Of a stretch of 32,000 nucleotides of DNA, positions 18,785 through 27,137 are shown in pieces. The position numbers and the translations under genes are program-made. Positions within the stretch are counted from its first letter, which is position 1; each line of letters begins with the position of its first letter. This DNA comes from Zymomonas mobilis subsp. mobilis ATCC 10988 (lineage in GTDB: Bacteria; Pseudomonadota; Alphaproteobacteria; Sphingomonadales; Sphingomonadaceae), in contig NC_017262.1 in NCBI RefSeq assembly GCF_000175255.2, positions 990,001-1,022,000 of the forward strand, read 5' to 3'. Under the pieces are notes generated by a model. The model saw nothing but the letters and a program-made list of their open reading frames with translations, did no database searches and had not been told where the DNA came from.

Positions 18785-19789
18785 TTATTCCCCGCTTTTG
18801 AGCCAGCCGGACAGGCCTTGATTGACCAGAATTTCAAGCATGGCGAGGCTTTCTTCACTATCGTTAATGCAGCGAAGAGCCGCAAAATTTTCACCCCCTG
18901 CTTCTAGAAAAGTGCTTTTTCCTTGAAGGGCAATTTCTTCCAGTGTTTCCAGACAATCCGCTGAGAATCCGGGCATAGCCACGGCGAGATTCCGAATATT
19001 TTTTGACGGGAGTTCTTTTAAGGTCATATCCGTTGCTGGCGTGAACCATTTTTGCGAACCAAAACGGGATTGGAAGCTGGTGATGACAGGTATATCCAAA
19101 AGAGACGATAAAGCCTGACTGGTGGCCTGACATTGGAAATAATAGGGATCGCCGAGTTCTCGTGTTTTGACAGGCATGCCATGATAGCTAAGCAGCAGGC
19201 TATCCGGTTTAAAATCAAGCGCCTTGATCTGGTCTTCGATATTCTTTTTTAAGGTCTGAATATAAGCCGGATGAGTATAATAGGGTTCCAAGCTCCGCAA
19301 GTTCGGCTGCCAGCGAATTTTTTGGAGATACCGATAGGCTTCATCCTGAACGGTAGCGGTGCTGGCCGCTGAATATTGAGGATAAAGCGGCGCAAGTAAA
19401 ATACGGCGACAGCCGGAAGCTATTAATTTTTCAAGACGGGATGGGATGGATGGTGTCCCATAACGCATGGCATAATCGACCGTTATATTCGGCATTCTTT
19501 TTTGTAAGCCTTGCGCCTGTTTTTTTGTAATGGCAGCAAGAGGTGATCCTTCATTCGTCCAGATTTTTTGATAAGCGCGGGCAGAGCGGGGGGCGCGAAA
19601 AGGAAGAATGATACCGCGTAGAATAATCTGCCAGAAAACAGCAGGAAGTTCGATAACCCGCTGATCCGAGAGAAATTGCCCAAGATAACGCCGTAAAGCC
19701 TTGGCATTAGGGGCATCGGGTGTGCCTAGATTGACAAGCAAAACCCCGATTTTTTCAGAAATAGGCAGCGGGTTATTCGATTCTGTCAT
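18785..19789 (-). CDS. hemH: Ferrochelatase
   Basis: 334 aa with [32 protein letters not shown] and a conserved C-terminal lobe. Confidence 0.95.
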   Translation of the reverse strand: MTESNNPLPISEKIGVLLVNLGTPDAPNAKALRRYLGQFLSDQRVIELPAVFWQIILRGIILPFRAPRSARAYQKIWTNEGSPLAAITKKQAQGLQKRMPNITVDYAMRYGTPSIPSRLEKLIASGCRRILLAPLYPQYSAASTATVQDEAYRYLQKIRWQPNLRSLEPYYTHPAYIQTLKKNIEDQIKALDFKPDSLLLSYHGMPVKTRELGDPYYFQCQATSQALSSLLDIPVITSFQSRFGSQKWFTPATDMTLKELPSKNIRNLAVAMPGFSADCLETLEEIALQGKSTFLEAGGENFAALRCINDSEESLAMLEILVNQGLSGWLKSGE

Positions 19790-19936
19790 AGAGAGTCAGT
19801 CTTTTCGAGAAAGATATTTTTACGGTGAGGCGGTTGAGATATCTATTCGCTGCTTTTTTGGGAAAGAAAAGAATGACCTCGTCCATTTTGCCTTTTTCAG
19901 TTCGATAAGATTATGGCCTTGATTTGAAAAATCAGG

Positions 19937-20407
19937 CTATTCATTGGCAACTTTAAAATCGAACACAATCGCTTTTTCTAAGAACGTCCCTGCAAAGGAT
20001 TTGAACTGTTCATGGGCGGCATCGAAAAAAGCAGGATCATTAACCAAAGGACGGCCAACATAATAATTACGGTCGCCTTCGGAATTGAAGGTTACGATAT
20101 AGCCTTGATCCATATCCATACCCGCATTTTCGCCGCTATTTTGAGAGCCAGTTTCAATAGAGACAATAACGGATTGGCCGTCTGGTCTTTTGGAGGTTTT
20201 TGCTAATTCTAAAAACTGCTTTGTTACTTCGCGGCGTTCGGCTTCTGTGACATTTTTTTTGAAACGAAACAGCACGATATGCTGCAATTTGCCTGAATGA
20301 AAATCAGGCGAAGTGAATTTTTCGACACCCACTTCTTTTAAAAGTGCGCGTGCGGCTATGGTCGCATTATCGAGAAGATTATTTATTTCAATCGAGGATG
20401 AAGTCAT
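19937..20407 (-). CDS. Dabb (stress-responsive alpha/beta-barrel) domain protein with ~40-aa N-terminal extension
   Basis: 156 aa. LQHIVLFRFKKNVTEAERREVTKQF...GYIVTFNSEGDRNYYVG...AHEQFKSF...AIVFDF follows the Dabb domain pattern. Confidence 0.8.
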   Translation of the reverse strand: MTSSSIEINNLLDNATIAARALLKEVGVEKFTSPDFHSGKLQHIVLFRFKKNVTEAERREVTKQFLELAKTSKRPDGQSVIVSIETGSQNSGENAGMDMDQGYIVTFNSEGDRNYYVGRPLVNDPAFFDAAHEQFKSFAGTFLEKAIVFDFKVANE

Positions 20408-20503
20408 CGTAAAATTCCGGCTGTATAGGGATAAAAAAACGGCATCACAAAAGCCTATTTTATCCTTTTTGTCTTTTTATAAGAATAGCAGGGTGATTGC
20501 GGT

Positions 20504-21775
20504 CTATGATTGCGCCGCAATAACGGCCAACACTTTCCGCATATGATCTTGCCATAACATGGGATGCCAGCCTTTCAACCGCATAACCTGCGTTTGGCGA
20601 CGTGTTGAAAAAGGATTCATATATTCGCTGATCGCTTCTTCCCATGCGCTGCCGTTAAGGGGGTCGATATAATCAGCCATATTGCTGCTGATTTCCCGAT
20701 AAACAGCAATATCGCTGGCAAGCACAGGCAATCCGTGACGCAAGGCTTCGGCAATGACCATGCCTCGTCTTGCGAAAAAAGCCGGCTTTAGCAAAGCCCG
20801 CGCTTCCTGCATCATATGGCTTAATTGCTGATCGTTGCAGCTTTCACGAAAACGGATATGCCGTTGCAAATCGGGATTGCGTGCCAGCATCTTTCCCAAT
20901 TTTGAGTTTTCGGGATGGCGCTGTCCTAAAATCAATAGATCAGGTGCTTTTGTGCCTAGCTGGAGGATCAGCCTTTTCCAGACAGTGACCAACATTTCGG
21001 TGTTATTTCCCGCATGATCGGATTCTATCGCCAAGAAATAGGGATGATCTGAAATTTGTTCGCTTTTAGGTCTAGGATCAGCTTTTTTCAGATGCGGTAA
21101 CGCATCAGCACCGAGCGGGATAGTGACAACTGGAATCGGGCGACCAGCTTCGGCCATGAAGGGCAAAAAGCGGTTTCGGGTCGCTTCACTATCCGTAATA
21201 ACGCAATCCGCATATCGGGCGATAATATCGAGCCGTTTTTTTAAATTCTGCCATTCGGGCGTTGGAACATATTCAGGATATTCCAGCATTTCAGTATCGT
21301 AAAGCAGACAGATGAAGCTGGCCTGTTCTTTGTTCAGGATGTCTTTTAAAGCGGCTTCATTATCAAGATGATGCGGCGAGGCCTGCAATAATATTTTGAT
21401 GCCCCGTTGGGGCGTGAAAAGATGCGGCCATAATTCAATTAAAGCCTTGGCCTGATAGAATTTTTGCCGGAAGTTTTGAGTGAGCTGGTTCGGTTCACTT
21501 TCTTGCCAGACTTTTTCCGTCTGTTCGATCATCGTCAAGACAGCGCTTTGTGACAAACGTCCATAGCGCCCCCAGCGATTGAGGCGGGCAAAAGCAATCC
21601 GGTCGGAAAACCAACCGAGAAGTAATTTTATCCATGCCATTTCGATACGGCTGACCCCGTCGGTCATGACCGCCTTGCCTGCACGTTCCGTCAGCCATGA
21701 GACATCAAGGATAATTTCGCCATCGCGGGCTTCCGAGCTGTCGTTCAGAGCCTGATTTGAAGAACCTGTCATCAA
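20504..21775 (-). CDS. Glycosyltransferase, GT4/group-1-like
   Basis: 423 aa. The N-terminus ILDVSWL...GVSRIEMAW resembles the DVSRL..TGI.RVE start of a GT1/GT4 subfamily. The C-terminal Rossmann half has PYFLAIES, LLILGQ and GMVIAEALRHGLPVLASDIAVYREI. AGGAGG RBS upstream, 24 nt after the upstream KpsC-like gene. Confidence 0.75.
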   Translation of the reverse strand: MMTGSSNQALNDSSEARDGEIILDVSWLTERAGKAVMTDGVSRIEMAWIKLLLGWFSDRIAFARLNRWGRYGRLSQSAVLTMIEQTEKVWQESEPNQLTQNFRQKFYQAKALIELWPHLFTPQRGIKILLQASPHHLDNEAALKDILNKEQASFICLLYDTEMLEYPEYVPTPEWQNLKKRLDIIARYADCVITDSEATRNRFLPFMAEAGRPIPVVTIPLGADALPHLKKADPRPKSEQISDHPYFLAIESDHAGNNTEMLVTVWKRLILQLGTKAPDLLILGQRHPENSKLGKMLARNPDLQRHIRFRESCNDQQLSHMMQEARALLKPAFFARRGMVIAEALRHGLPVLASDIAVYREISSNMADYIDPLNGSAWEEAISEYMNPFSTRRQTQVMRLKGWHPMLWQDHMRKVLAVIAAQS

Positions 21776-21799
21776 TCCTCCTATGCCCTGTGCAGGCTA

Positions 21800-23533
21800 T
21801 TACGATTTACCGGATAAGGGGTTGTTTATCATTACCTGTCGAAAAGCAGCGCAAATTTTGCCTTGAAAATGGCGTATCCATGTGACGGGCGTCATTTTTG
21901 CTTTTGGACTTTGGATAAGTCTTTCTATCAGAACTTCCGGTGAACAGGGCATACCTGTTACCGGATCGAGATAGCGCGGATAGAGAATAAGTGTCACCGC
22001 TGCAAGCTCTGTTATATCGAGTTTTCTTTTTCGTCTGGCGGGAATAGCCCCAAGATCACGGGTTAAGCCCCAGCCCGCATAAAAGGGGGTGCCGTGGCAG
22101 ATCACTTCACGATGGCGAAGCAGGGCTTCAAAACCTGCAAGTGATGTCCAGACATGGACGGCATCCACCTGATCGAACAAGCGTGTGATGGGATAATCGC
22201 GAATGATGATGTCGGCGTATTTTTCAGCGGATTCTTGTGGCACAAAGCCTTTTCTATGGCCTGCCTCGACATCGGGATGCGGTTTGAAAATGATGTAGCT
22301 ATCAGCTTCATTTTCTCTTGCCCGTTTCAAAAGATCGAGATTGCCTTTAACGGCACCACCGCCCAGCCTGACCGATCGATCATCTTCCACCTGACCGGTG
22401 ACGAGTATAATCCGTTTGTTTTTGGGAAAATTGAGCGCTTTGTCTGCGCCTGTTCCCATATATTTACTGATATGAGCCGACTGAATACGGGCGATTAGCT
22501 TTTGCGCCCGTTCCAATAATTCTTGAGAAAAAACAGTTTCGTTGAATAAAGTCTCAATATCAGAAGGCTGGTTGGGGTCGTAATAAATGCCTTGTTTATC
22601 GACCACGATTGAAAGCGGCGGGTGAAGGCCGCTGCCAAGCCCCACGGAACGGATGAAACCATCTTCTACTTCGTAAAGCTGTGCTTCTTTTTGAGCGATA
22701 GCTTTGCGGAGACCTTTCGGCTCACGGGATGGCCAGAGTGCGATAGCCTCTTGTTTTTGTTTTAGAAAAGAGAGCGCTGTTTCTGTTTTTTGCGGCATGG
22801 GTAGCCGTTTTTTTTCGCCTGACCACAAGAAACGACGAATAGCCTCTTTTTTCCACCAAGCTATACCACAAGCCGCCTTGATGGCGCGATTGCTGTCTAT
22901 CAGACTGCGCCATTCTGATAATTGCGTTATCGCCTGATCGAGGGAGATCGGCTGTCCTGTAAAAATATCATTATACTGGAAAGATGTAAGCTGTTGTCTG
23001 ACCAATGCCAAAATGATGACCTCTGGCGAGGTAAAAATATCGCTGAAAAATTTTCGAGCAGTCGGTGAAAAAGACAGAGGGATATGGCCTAATCTCGCAA
23101 TCAATCCAATGTCGATAGTTAAGGCTGTCTTGCCACTAGCAATGATTTCTGTGGCTTGGTCGAGCAAACTCCACGGATCAAACAGGCCGGAATAAATCAC
23201 GCAGCCTTGTTTTTTGAAACTTTCGGCCAATTCGGCATAATCTTGGTGATCGGGCAGAATAACAAGATCGCCCTGTTTGGCGATAGCCAAGAAGAAGGCT
23301 TCATCCGTTAAATCTTCGATCAGCAGAACGCTCTGCTTTTGCGGGTTTTTCGGCAGTGGTGCTGCCCAGAAATTGCCGCCGACCCGCCTCTGTAGCAATT
23401 TTTCTATAAGATTTTGGATGTCATTATCAGTCAGTATTTTTTCTGGACGAGATATAGGCCGGACAAAATCGATAAGCGAAATATTCGCTTTCGGGAAAGG
23501 GGGAGGGCGTAGAAAAGGAAAAGACAGCGACAT
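21800..23533 (-). CDS. Capsule_synth (KpsC/KpsS/LpsZ) family protein, putative beta-Kdo-type glycosyltransferase
   Basis: 577 aa. The C-terminal ~330 aa carry VEDGFIRSVGLG...PLSIVVDKQGIYYDPNQPSDIE, ILVTGQVEDDRSV, IFKPHPDVEAG, VHVWTSLAGFEALL and GTPFYAGWGLTRD. The N-terminal ~240 aa show only faint resemblance to a second module. Confidence 0.8.
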   Translation of the reverse strand: MSLSFPFLRPPPFPKANISLIDFVRPISRPEKILTDNDIQNLIEKLLQRRVGGNFWAAPLPKNPQKQSVLLIEDLTDEAFFLAIAKQGDLVILPDHQDYAELAESFKKQGCVIYSGLFDPWSLLDQATEIIASGKTALTIDIGLIARLGHIPLSFSPTARKFFSDIFTSPEVIILALVRQQLTSFQYNDIFTGQPISLDQAITQLSEWRSLIDSNRAIKAACGIAWWKKEAIRRFLWSGEKKRLPMPQKTETALSFLKQKQEAIALWPSREPKGLRKAIAQKEAQLYEVEDGFIRSVGLGSGLHPPLSIVVDKQGIYYDPNQPSDIETLFNETVFSQELLERAQKLIARIQSAHISKYMGTGADKALNFPKNKRIILVTGQVEDDRSVRLGGGAVKGNLDLLKRARENEADSYIIFKPHPDVEAGHRKGFVPQESAEKYADIIIRDYPITRLFDQVDAVHVWTSLAGFEALLRHREVICHGTPFYAGWGLTRDLGAIPARRKRKLDITELAAVTLILYPRYLDPVTGMPCSPEVLIERLIQSPKAKMTPVTWIRHFQGKICAAFRQVMINNPLSGKS

Positions 23534-23824
23534 TTTTTTTCCGAAAAAGACAGTCCCGTGACAGAAGAGACGTCTAGTTGATCGAGCCGAACTCTATTTA
23601 CCGGTTAAGCTATGTTTTTATTGAGAAATAATAAACAGTAAATCCCAAGTAGCAGGCTTTATTTTATTGGATAGTCTAAATCAGAAAAGCCGTATAAGGC
23701 AGATGTTCTTTTCTCCGAAATGGGCGTGGTTGCAACTATATAGCATCCGACCTGTTATTATGAGTAATAGACAGAATGCCGGTTTCTGGCGGCTTTCGGC
23801 CTAATGGGACTTTTACGACCTGTA

Positions 23825-23848
23825 TTTTCTGAAAATTTTTTCAGAAAA
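23825..23848. repeat. 11-bp perfect inverted repeat immediately upstream of the SDR ribosome-binding site (candidate operator or leader hairpin)
   Basis: ttttctgaaaa (23825-23835), tt, ttttcagaaaa (23838-23848). AAGGAG follows at 23851-23856 and the ATG at 23866. Confidence 0.4.
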
Positions 23849-23865
23849 AGAAGGAGCGATATCTG

Positions 23866-24882
23866 ATGGCCAATAAATCCAATATTTCTGAAGGACGACG
23901 TAACATGATGGCAGTTCTCGCGACAGCGGGGCTGGTATCAGGGTTGGATGGAGTGGCTTCGGCCGCCAATCGCGATAAAGAACCGGCAGTGACAGGGGGC
24001 AAAACATTTTATGATCCCCGTGATGCCTATCCGCGTGCGCCTTTTGCCGGTCAAGATCAGCCTTGGCCCGGTCTAGCCAGTAAAATGGTACCGCGCCCCG
24101 ATCACGGTGAAAAAAGCTATCGCGGTTCCGGCAAATTACAAGGCCGGAAGGCTTTGATTACGGGTGGTGATTCCGGCATCGGTCGGGCAACAGCGATCGC
24201 CTATGCCCGTGAAGGCGCGGATATTGTTATCAATTATTTGCCGCAAGAAGAGCCGGATGCCCGCGAAGTGGTCGCTTTGTTACAGGGAGAAGGTCATAAG
24301 GTTTTTGCCTTGCCCGGTGATTTGAGAAATGAAAATTTCTGTGTCCAGCTCGTTCAGGAAGCCTCCAAGCGTTTGGGCGGACTAGATATTTTGGCGAATA
24401 TTGCCGGACATCAGCATTATAATGAATCTATCCTGACGCTTTCGACGGCTGATTTTGATGATACCTTGAAAACCAATGTTTATGCGATGTTTTGGTTGTG
24501 CAAGGAAGCCTTGAAAATCATGCCTGCCGGTTCGGCAATTGTGAATACCAGCTCAACACAGGGCTATCGACCTTCGGCTATTTTATTGGATTATGCCACC
24601 AGCAAAGCGGCTATTGCCAATTTTACCCGCGCTTTGGCTATCCAACTGGCACCTAGAGGTATTCGAGTGAATGCCGTGGCACCGGGCCCGTTTTGGACAC
24701 CGCTTCAGGTATCGGGCGGTCAGCCTGCCTCTGCTTATAGTCAATTTGGTGCCAATACGCCGGTTAAACGTCCCGGTCAGCCGGTTGAAATCGCACCGGT
24801 CTATGTCTTTTTGGCTTGTGCCGAAAATAGCTATGTGACGGGTGAAGTCTATGGCGAAACCGGATGCGCCCAGATTTTTTAG
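23866..24882 (+). CDS. YghA-like short-chain dehydrogenase/reductase with N-terminal twin-arginine (Tat) signal-like extension
   Basis: 338 aa with AAGGAG 9 nt upstream. The N-terminus is MANKSNISEGRRNMMAVLATAGLVSGLDGVASA|AN. The remainder is colinear with E. coli YghA (PRPDHGEKSYRGSGKLQGRKALITGGDSGIGRA, YATSKAA, VNAVAPGP). Confidence 0.9.
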   Translation: MANKSNISEGRRNMMAVLATAGLVSGLDGVASAANRDKEPAVTGGKTFYDPRDAYPRAPFAGQDQPWPGLASKMVPRPDHGEKSYRGSGKLQGRKALITGGDSGIGRATAIAYAREGADIVINYLPQEEPDAREVVALLQGEGHKVFALPGDLRNENFCVQLVQEASKRLGGLDILANIAGHQHYNESILTLSTADFDDTLKTNVYAMFWLCKEALKIMPAGSAIVNTSSTQGYRPSAILLDYATSKAAIANFTRALAIQLAPRGIRVNAVAPGPFWTPLQVSGGQPASAYSQFGANTPVKRPGQPVEIAPVYVFLACAENSYVTGEVYGETGCAQIF

Positions 24883-24891
24883 ATCAGGATT

Positions 24892-24935
24892 CTTATCCGA
24901 AAAGACGGCCTATTGGCACCGCCTTTTCGGATAAG
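24892..24935. terminator. Long hairpin between convergent genes (terminator-like, no U-tract)
   Basis: Perfect 13-bp arms cttatccgaaaag (24892-24904) and cttttcggataag (24923-24935), with further partial pairing inside. It lies between the stops at 24882 (+) and 24948 (-). Neither strand has a clear T-run after it. Confidence 0.5.
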
Positions 24936-24947
24936 GTTATAATGCCA

Positions 24948-25763
24948 TTAATCTTTTTTCTGGCCTAGTTCGGTTGTTCTTTTGACAGCCGCGAGGACGC
25001 TTTTTTGTAGGCCTGCGGTGAAGTCGCTTTGGTTCAAGGCGAAGAGGCTATTCATGCCGACACCGGCAGGTGAATTGTTGATGTCCAGTAATTGGCGTGG
25101 ATGCTTACCTGATATTTCCAGCATTTTTACCGAGCCTACCAGATTTTCCATCGTGGTTTTCCATGCAATATCACGAGGCAGGCCAGCTAGCACGCCGGCA
25201 TCAACCAAGGCTTCGATAAAATAATAGACGTAATTGGGCCCGCAGACGCCAAAACCCGTAAAAATGTCGATCAGGCTTTCTTCTAAGAAGAGGCATTTCC
25301 CAAAACCGGAAACAAATTTTTCGGTTAGGGCTTTGTCTGCCTGATTGTTGATGACCACCCCGCTATAGCCCAATCCGGTGTCGGTGAGTGTGTTCGGGAT
25401 AATTCTTGCGATAGCTCTTTTTTTGCCAAGTAGGTCTTCAAATTGGGCAAGAGTGACACCAGCGACAATCGAAACAATCAAGGCCTTTTCTTTGGCATTT
25501 TGAGCAATATCGGCTGTCACCGCTTTCAGGTCGTCTTGTGGTCTGACCCCGATAACAACAATGTCGGCTTTTTGGAGGGTTTCAATATTTTTTTTCGGTT
25601 TGGCAAAAGCCGTGATGCCATAATTGTCATGCAGTTCTTTTTCCCGTTCCGGCCGGATGTCATAGGCGGTGATGTCACTGGCCGAAGCGGTTTTATGCTT
25701 GATAATGGCTCGGATCATGGCTTCGGACATTTGGCCGCTGCCGATGAAATGAATATGGCTCAT
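24948..25763 (-). CDS. Pyrroline-5-carboxylate reductase family oxidoreductase (divergent ProC-like)
   Basis: 271 aa, colinear with E. coli ProC (IHFIGSGQMSEAMI Rossmann start, VSIVAGVTL, dimerisation helices). The canonical motifs are altered: PNTP becomes PNTL and SPGGTT becomes SPAGVG. Confidence 0.8.
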   Translation of the reverse strand: MSHIHFIGSGQMSEAMIRAIIKHKTASASDITAYDIRPEREKELHDNYGITAFAKPKKNIETLQKADIVVIGVRPQDDLKAVTADIAQNAKEKALIVSIVAGVTLAQFEDLLGKKRAIARIIPNTLTDTGLGYSGVVINNQADKALTEKFVSGFGKCLFLEESLIDIFTGFGVCGPNYVYYFIEALVDAGVLAGLPRDIAWKTTMENLVGSVKMLEISGKHPRQLLDINNSPAGVGMNSLFALNQSDFTAGLQKSVLAAVKRTTELGQKKD

Positions 25764-25965
25764 GACGTTTACTCTTCTGTTGCCAAGAATATCGCAAAGA
25801 AACTGTGATCGTAACCCAGTTTGAGATTCCGATCATATGCCCTGTTTGTTTTATTGCAAAAAACTATTTCTTTTATGGTCGAAAGCAGTCGGTCTTTATA
25901 GAATGGCCTTTTAGAACCGAGATTCTTTTGGTTTGTCGGGCTTGTTTCAGATTGTGAGGTCAAGA

Positions 25966-27108
25966 ATGAATTTGGAAGAAAAGCTGATCTCTTTACGTCG
26001 GGAATTACATCAGCATCCCGAATTGTCAGGCGAAGAATTCCAGACAACTCAAAAATTGACCGCATGGCTGAAAGAAGCCGGTATTCGTATTTTGCCCTAT
26101 GATTTAAAAACAGGGGTTGTTGCCGAAATTGGTCATGGTGCGCCTGTTATTGCATTGCGGGCGGATATTGATGCTTTGCCAATAGAGGAAAATTCCGAGG
26201 CGGTTTGCCCTTCTTTGGAAAAGGGAAAAATGCATGCTTGTGGGCATGATTTTCATGCCACGGTTTTATTGGGTGCCGCCCTTCTTTTAAAACAGAATGA
26301 ATCCCGTTTGGTTGGAACCGTTCGTCTGTTCTTCCAGCCTGCCGAAGAGAATTATTCCGGTGCTTTGCAATTGATTAAAGCCGGTGTTCTAAAAGATGTT
26401 GATGTCGTTTTCGGTTTTCATAACGCTCCCAAAATGCCGGTGGGTGAGTTTGGAACCTGCCACGGTGCGATTATGGCCAATGTTGATCGTTTTGAAATCA
26501 ATCTGGCCGGGGTAGGGGCGCATGCGGCTTATCCCGAAAATGGTACCGATGTGATTGTGGCAGCCTCCGAAATTATCAACAGTCTGCAAACGATTGTGAG
26601 CCGGAATATCTCTAGTCATGATTCTGCTATTGTCAGTGTGACCCGCATTAATGCAGGGAGCGGCTGGAATATTTTGCCTGAAAAAGCCGAGCTGGAAGGC
26701 ACGGTTCGGACTTTTGATGCCTCAATCAGAAAAGAAATTCAGCGCCGGATGAGAGACCTTGTGTATTATCTTGCCAAAGCCATGGATGTCGGAGCGCAAT
26801 TCCTGTGGCATGAAGGCCCTCCGGCGGTTATCAATACGCCTTATTGGTCTGATTTTTCGGCAAAAATAGCCCGCCAATTCGGCTATGTGACCCATAATGT
26901 TACCCCGCAGAATGGTGGCGAGGATTTTGCCCATTATCTGCATCATCGCCCCGGTGTCTTTTTTCATATTGGCACGGGTAGTCCACAATCGCTCCATCAT
27001 CCCGGTTTTAATATTGATGAGAAGGCTATTTTCCCAGCGGCTGAATATTATGCTTTGTTAGCTGAGGAAGCCTTGAAAGACCTGAAAAACACGCAAGCCT
27101 CTGCTTGA
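25966..27108 (+). CDS. M20 family amidohydrolase (aminoacylase/hippurate hydrolase-like, M20D)
   Basis: LRRELHQHPELSGEEF, LRADIDALPI, HACGHD and QPAEE are metal-binding and catalytic motifs of M20D amidohydrolases. The ORF track starts at TTG 25933. The ATG at 25966 has GAGG 7-8 nt upstream and gives the usual N-terminus. Confidence 0.9.
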   Translation: MNLEEKLISLRRELHQHPELSGEEFQTTQKLTAWLKEAGIRILPYDLKTGVVAEIGHGAPVIALRADIDALPIEENSEAVCPSLEKGKMHACGHDFHATVLLGAALLLKQNESRLVGTVRLFFQPAEENYSGALQLIKAGVLKDVDVVFGFHNAPKMPVGEFGTCHGAIMANVDRFEINLAGVGAHAAYPENGTDVIVAASEIINSLQTIVSRNISSHDSAIVSVTRINAGSGWNILPEKAELEGTVRTFDASIRKEIQRRMRDLVYYLAKAMDVGAQFLWHEGPPAVINTPYWSDFSAKIARQFGYVTHNVTPQNGGEDFAHYLHHRPGVFFHIGTGSPQSLHHPGFNIDEKAIFPAAEYYALLAEEALKDLKNTQASA

Positions 27109-27137
27109 TAAGGGAGAGAAAAGAAGGAGCGTCTTTT

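Noticed and set aside
22154-22498. 114-aa + strand ORF (and several 60-94-aa ORFs on both strands, 22102-23561) overlapping the KpsC-like gene
   Set aside because: All lie inside a 577-aa gene with strong family motifs. They are shadow ORFs.
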